From Candidatus Latescibacterota bacterium (GTDB lineage Bacteria > Latescibacterota > UBA2968 > UBA8231), in the NCBI GenBank assembly GCA_965248265.1, contig CBDFJF010000001.1, positions 1,216,001-1,280,000 of the forward strand: a DNA stretch of 64,000 nt. Reading direction: 5' to 3'. This document shows, one piece after another, positions 60,001-64,000 of the stretch. Position numbers and translations under genes: made by a program. Under the pieces are notes generated by a model. That model ran no database searches. It saw only the letters and a list, made by a program, of their open reading frames with translations, and was not told where the DNA came from. How positions within the stretch are numbered: the first letter of the stretch is position 1; each line of letters opens with the position of its first letter.

Positions 60001-62421
60001 ATGAAACGGATACTGCTCGTCCTACTGGGATTCGGACCTGCTTCGATCGTGCCGGTTTGGGCACAGGCCGGGAGTCCTATCGCTGTGTCGCTGAGCGCGC
60101 TGAAAGCTGGCCTCGAGTTGAAGGACCCGTGGAAGTACCGCGCGGGCGATGGTCTGGAGTGGGCAGCCCTCACCTGGAATGACGCCTCCTGGGAAACCGC
60201 GACCACACTGCTCGAGCCCGACACCCTTCCCGCCGGGGGGTGGCCGCACATAGGTTGGTTCCGGTTACACGTCCGGACCGATTCGACCGTCGATGAAACG
60301 CCGTTGGCCCTCACCCTCAATCCACAATTCGGTGCGTCAGAAGTCTATCTCGATGGCCACTTGATCTATCGCGCTGGCAGCGTCGGCAGTTCCGCATCTG
60401 ACGAGGAAACGAGTCGAGTCCCCGAGCCCCACCTCATCCATCTGAATCCCGCCAGTGATCACGTGATCGCGGTCAGGCATTCGAATTTCTCAGCCGTCGC
60501 GTTGTCTCGCACCGACACGGATGCCGGCTTCACAGTGACATTGAGTACGTTGAGTAGTGCCATCGACCGTCACGTCGAAGCGGTGGAAACCTACCGCAGC
60601 TACCAGAGGTTTTTCACTGGCCTGCTGATCGCCTTCGCCCTGCTGCATCTGATCCTGTTCCTGTTCGATCGTAAACAGCGGACACATCTCGATTTCGCCC
60701 TCCTGTGTGGAGCACTGACCACCCTGGTTTTCATCAATTTCCAGATCCATTTCACTGCTGATCTGGTAGAGAGCACGCTCTATGAGAGGCTCTGGCGGGT
60801 GCTCGTGCTCGTGGTCGCCCTCCTGGGCCTGCGCGTCGTGTACTCCGTGTTCTCGGCTCGAAAGCCATCGCCGGCTCGAATGCCGCGCCAATTCTGGGTT
60901 TTCGCCGTGGTCGCCCTGATTCTGGGATTGACGGCTTGTGTTCGACTGTCGTTGCAGACCGTCATCTACCTGTTCGTTCTGGGCATCTGCGTGGAGATCC
61001 TTCGAGTAGTGATTGCGAAACTGATGCGACAACGGGCAACTGAAATGCGATCCACCGAGATCGACCTTCGCCTCAGCATCCAGCCCCTGTGGATCATCCC
61101 GCCTGGAGTGATCGGCTTCGCCTTGCTGAGCGGATATCAGATTCTCCTCAACTTGAAGATCCTCGAGGCTCCAACCGGACTCGAGTACCCCTATTTGTAC
61201 GGTGTGGTTCTGTTCCTTGTCTCATTGTCCGCGTACCTGTCCTTCGACTTCGCGCACACACACCGGGCACTGGAGTCCCAGCTGGCACGGACGAAATCAC
61301 TCTCGGACAGTTTGCTGGAGATCAACGAGAACCTGGAGCAGCGAGTCCGCGATCGGACCCGGGAGCTGGAGACGAGCAACACCGAGCTGGCGCAGAAGAA
61401 CAGGGAATTCGAGGAAGAAGCCGCGTTGCGAAAAGCACTGAAGGGGCAGTTATCGATGCTGTCGGAACGCGAGGCCGAGCATTGGGGTCTGGAAGGGTTT
61501 GTCGGCAGGAGCGCGACGATTCAGCGCATTTTCGAAGAGATTCGTCTGTTGCAGGAGAATCCGGCCACCTCTGTTCTGATAACCGGTGAGAACGGCACGG
61601 GAAAGGAACTGATCGCCCGCGCCATCCACTATGGCTCGGAGCGCCGGGAAGGTCCGTTCATCCCGGTCAACTGCGCGTCGATCCCTCACGAGCTCGCCGA
61701 CTCCCTGCTCTTCGGCCACCTCAAGGGCACCTTCACCGGGGCAGATGCTGATCGAGTCGGGTATTTCGAGATGGCCCACGAGGGCACGCTCTTCCTCGAT
61801 GAGTTGGGCGAAATGCCGGTGGAGCTGCAACCCAAGCTGTTGCGTGTACTCGAGGACGGTCTGGTTTGGCGCGTCGGCGCCCGCGAAGGCAGAAAAGTGG
61901 ACGTGCGCGCCGTGGCGGCGACGAATGTCGACTTACAGCGGCGCATCCAGGAGGAGCGCTTCCGTTCCGATCTCTATTTCCGCATCGCCCGCTTCACGGT
62001 GACGGCACCTCCGCTCCGGGACCGTCGCGAGGATATCCCCCCGCTGGCTCAGCACTTCCTGCAACTGGCGGCTGAAGAGATGGGGCATGACACGCCGGAG
62101 CTCAGTCCACAAGCTGTCGCCGAACTGATGAGCTACACGTTCCCGGGCAATGTTCGTGAGTTGATGAACATCATCCGGCGAGCCCTCATCGAGAGCCGCG
62201 GCACCGATGTGGAGCCGCGGCACCTTCATTTCGAGCAAGGTGGCGCAACACCGGGCAAGCCACTGCACACCCTGGAGGAACACGAAAGGCAGTACATCCA
62301 GTTGGTGCTGGAGCAGACGAACTGGGTCATCCGCGGCGACAGGGGAGCTGCCGCGCTACTCGGCATGAAGCCATCTACCCTTTACAGCCGCATGAAGAAA
62401 CTCGGAATCGAGCGCGGCTGA
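60001..62421 (+). CDS. One-component sigma-54 activator: exported sugar-binding-like domain + 7TM + coiled coil + AAA+ + HTH
   Basis: Signal peptide; WKYRAGD..W..GWFR..SEVYLDG; about 7 TM; GENGTGKE, GHLKGTFTGA, FPGNVREL, Fis HTH. Confidence 0.88.
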   Translation: MKRILLVLLGFGPASIVPVWAQAGSPIAVSLSALKAGLELKDPWKYRAGDGLEWAALTWNDASWETATTLLEPDTLPAGGWPHIGWFRLHVRTDSTVDETPLALTLNPQFGASEVYLDGHLIYRAGSVGSSASDEETSRVPEPHLIHLNPASDHVIAVRHSNFSAVALSRTDTDAGFTVTLSTLSSAIDRHVEAVETYRSYQRFFTGLLIAFALLHLILFLFDRKQRTHLDFALLCGALTTLVFINFQIHFTADLVESTLYERLWRVLVLVVALLGLRVVYSVFSARKPSPARMPRQFWVFAVVALILGLTACVRLSLQTVIYLFVLGICVEILRVVIAKLMRQRATEMRSTEIDLRLSIQPLWIIPPGVIGFALLSGYQILLNLKILEAPTGLEYPYLYGVVLFLVSLSAYLSFDFAHTHRALESQLARTKSLSDSLLEINENLEQRVRDRTRELETSNTELAQKNREFEEEAALRKALKGQLSMLSEREAEHWGLEGFVGRSATIQRIFEEIRLLQENPATSVLITGENGTGKELIARAIHYGSERREGPFIPVNCASIPHELADSLLFGHLKGTFTGADADRVGYFEMAHEGTLFLDELGEMPVELQPKLLRVLEDGLVWRVGAREGRKVDVRAVAATNVDLQRRIQEERFRSDLYFRIARFTVTAPPLRDRREDIPPLAQHFLQLAAEEMGHDTPELSPQAVAELMSYTFPGNVRELMNIIRRALIESRGTDVEPRHLHFEQGGATPGKPLHTLEEHERQYIQLVLEQTNWVIRGDRGAAALLGMKPSTLYSRMKKLGIERG

Positions 62422-62444
62422 ATGACCATGTTGAGAGACTGCGC

Positions 62445-62528
62445 CGATATATCGACTGATTGATATAAAGCTCGTATAATCAATATGTTACTTGTCATAT
62501 AAGCAGACGTTGGCATCGATATATCGAC
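62445..62528. promoter_or_regulatory. Enhancer: two CGATATATCGAC palindromic boxes with an IHF-consensus site between them
   Basis: Identical 12-mers at 62445 and 62517; AATCAATATGTTA at 62478-62490 fits WATCAA-N4-TTR. Confidence 0.7.
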
Positions 62529-62642
62529 GAACTGCTGATCGCGCCTGGTACTGTCCGCGCCTTGGATTGGGCCTCAAAATTCTCGTAACGCCGCTACTTA
62601 CAGCCACTTGGACTGCACAAATCCGGGTGGCTTTTTCTTTGT

Positions 62643-62658
62643 TGGCACCGAGGTTGCA
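62643..62658 (+). promoter_or_regulatory. Sigma-54 promoter
   Basis: TGGCACC-GAGG-TTGCA, about 55 bp before GGAGG..ATG 62712. Confidence 0.82.
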
Positions 62659-62711
62659 ATACCACCACTGGAAACTGATATCGAACGCTATCACAAACAG
62701 TGGAGGACTCG

Positions 62712-63065
62712 ATGGATGGCCAGACGCTTTCGCAATTGAGATGGGTCGTGCTCGGCGGTGGAATCACGCTTTTTCTTTGCATGGCCTGTTTCGCCGTCCC
62801 ATTCCATCACCCGGGACCGCTGGCAGTGCTGATTGGCACCGCAATCCTCGCTGCACGGGGTTTTCGCACACACCGTGAGTTGGGGACCTCGGGGCAGGCG
62901 ACGGGGATTGGCGTTAGCGAATGGGTGCGCTCGCGCGATTGGAGCGCACTCGTCTACTGCGCGGCCGTTGGAGGGATCACCGCCGTTACACTCTACTGCT
63001 TGAGCAGAATCCTCGCTCGAGTCACAGCCCCCATCATGTCAGGACTCGGACACCACCCCCTATAA
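62712..63065 (+). CDS. Small membrane protein (about 3 TM)
   Basis: GGAGG RBS, hydrophobic segments, first gene after the sigma-54 promoter. Confidence 0.6.
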   Translation: MDGQTLSQLRWVVLGGGITLFLCMACFAVPFHHPGPLAVLIGTAILAARGFRTHRELGTSGQATGIGVSEWVRSRDWSALVYCAAVGGITAVTLYCLSRILARVTAPIMSGLGHHPL

Positions 63066-63074
63066 GGTGCAATC

Positions 63075-64000
63075 ATGCCTGGACAACAAAACGGATCATT
63101 GCAGCAGCGTGTTGAGCGGTTGGAGAGTGCGGTGGAGGCCATCCAGCGCAGCCTGCACCGACCGCCTGAAACATCGGCGCAACCACAGATCTCGAAGGCC
63201 CCAGCGCGACCGCCGAATGCAAGACTCGCACCGGCCGCCAAACGGCGACTCAAGAATTCGGAGATCATGGGGAAGAGCGAGTCGTGGCTCAAAGTAGTCG
63301 GTATTGGGCTTCTTCTGCTTGGAGTCGGGTTCCTGTTCAAGTTTTCGATCGATCAAGGATGGATCACCGAGACAGTGCGCGTCGGGTTTGCCCTGGTTGT
63401 CGGGATTGCACTTTTCATTACGGGCCTCCGCATCGATGAAAGCCGACGAGCTTTCAGCCAGGTATTGTTGGGAGGCAGCGTCGCCACGTTCTATATCGCC
63501 GGGTTCGCGGCGTTCCAGCTCTATGCCCTTGTTTCTCACTCGACCGCACTCGGCTACATGGTATCCGTGACCGCACTCGCGTTTTTTCTGTCCCTTCGAC
63601 AGCATGAGCCGATTCTGTCCATCATTGGAGCGGTTGGGGGTCTCGGTACCCCGTTCCTCCTCCATACTGGTGCCGGAAATTTGGCCGGGCTCGTCGGATA
63701 TACCTGTCTCGTGCTGTGCGGTACCAGCACCATTTACATGTACCGAGGATGGCGTTCACTGCTGTGGACATCGATCGTTGGTGGCTGGGCCGTTCTCCTG
63801 ATCGGTCAAATCCAGGGTGATATCCATCTGATTATCACCGTTGGGCTCTCCAGGCGGGAATCGTATTCGCCTGGATCGCATTCTGGGCACTGCCGGTGGT
63901 GCGTGAAGTACTCTGGGAAAGAGATCCCAAGAGATGGCCACGCCCTTCGCTCGATGGCCTCGATCGAAGTCTCGGGAATCTCGCAACCAGTCACGTGCAC
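63075..64000 (+). CDS. DUF2339-family membrane protein, partial, apparent frameshift near 63820
   Basis: ATG 63075; LQQRVERLE, WLKVVGIGLLLLGVGFLFKFSIDQGWI, GGLGTPFLL; runs off the window; absent from the ORF track. Confidence 0.8.
   Translation, partial: MPGQQNGSLQQRVERLESAVEAIQRSLHRPPETSAQPQISKAPARPPNARLAPAAKRRLKNSEIMGKSESWLKVVGIGLLLLGVGFLFKFSIDQGWITETVRVGFALVVGIALFITGLRIDESRRAFSQVLLGGSVATFYIAGFAAFQLYALVSHSTALGYMVSVTALAFFLSLRQHEPILSIIGAVGGLGTPFLLHTGAGNLAGLVGYTCLVLCGTSTIYMYRGWRSLLWTSIVGGWAVLLIGQIQGDIHLIITVGLSRRESYSPGSHSGHCRWCVKYSGKEIPRDGHALRSMASIEVSGISQPVTC

Overview
GC-rich bacterial chromosomal window. A FlgD-Ig tail remnant and many PhyH, amidohydrolase and Gfo/Idh/MocA genes suggest a Latescibacterota/FCB-type lineage (inference only). 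From left to right it holds: the end of an N-methylglutamate-synthase-like operon with two unusual fusions; a membrane flavoprotein-ferredoxin; an internally deleted IS630; a mosaic ~17.5 kb surface-glycan tailoring locus (five methyltransferases, two deacetylase-like genes, sulfotransferases, FemAB-like, Wzx) interrupted by integrase, IS91 and FlgD remnants and paired repeat sites; amide/amino-acid scavenging genes; a PQQ dehydrogenase plus cytochrome c pair; a 35.6-48.3 kb envelope island; and mixed metabolic genes ending in a 7TM-sensor sigma-54 activator with its own enhancer, IHF site and promoter. The envelope island has three outer-membrane barrels, an adenylate cyclase, a two-component sigma-54 activator, PAP2, VTC and DUF4956. 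Its regulon can be read from the DNA as three triplets of a GCTGA-N4-TCAGC box, each upstream of a -24/-12 promoter, and this is the strongest candidate for an undescribed system. No rRNA, tRNA or CRISPR array was seen. All product calls come from motif recognition, not database searches.
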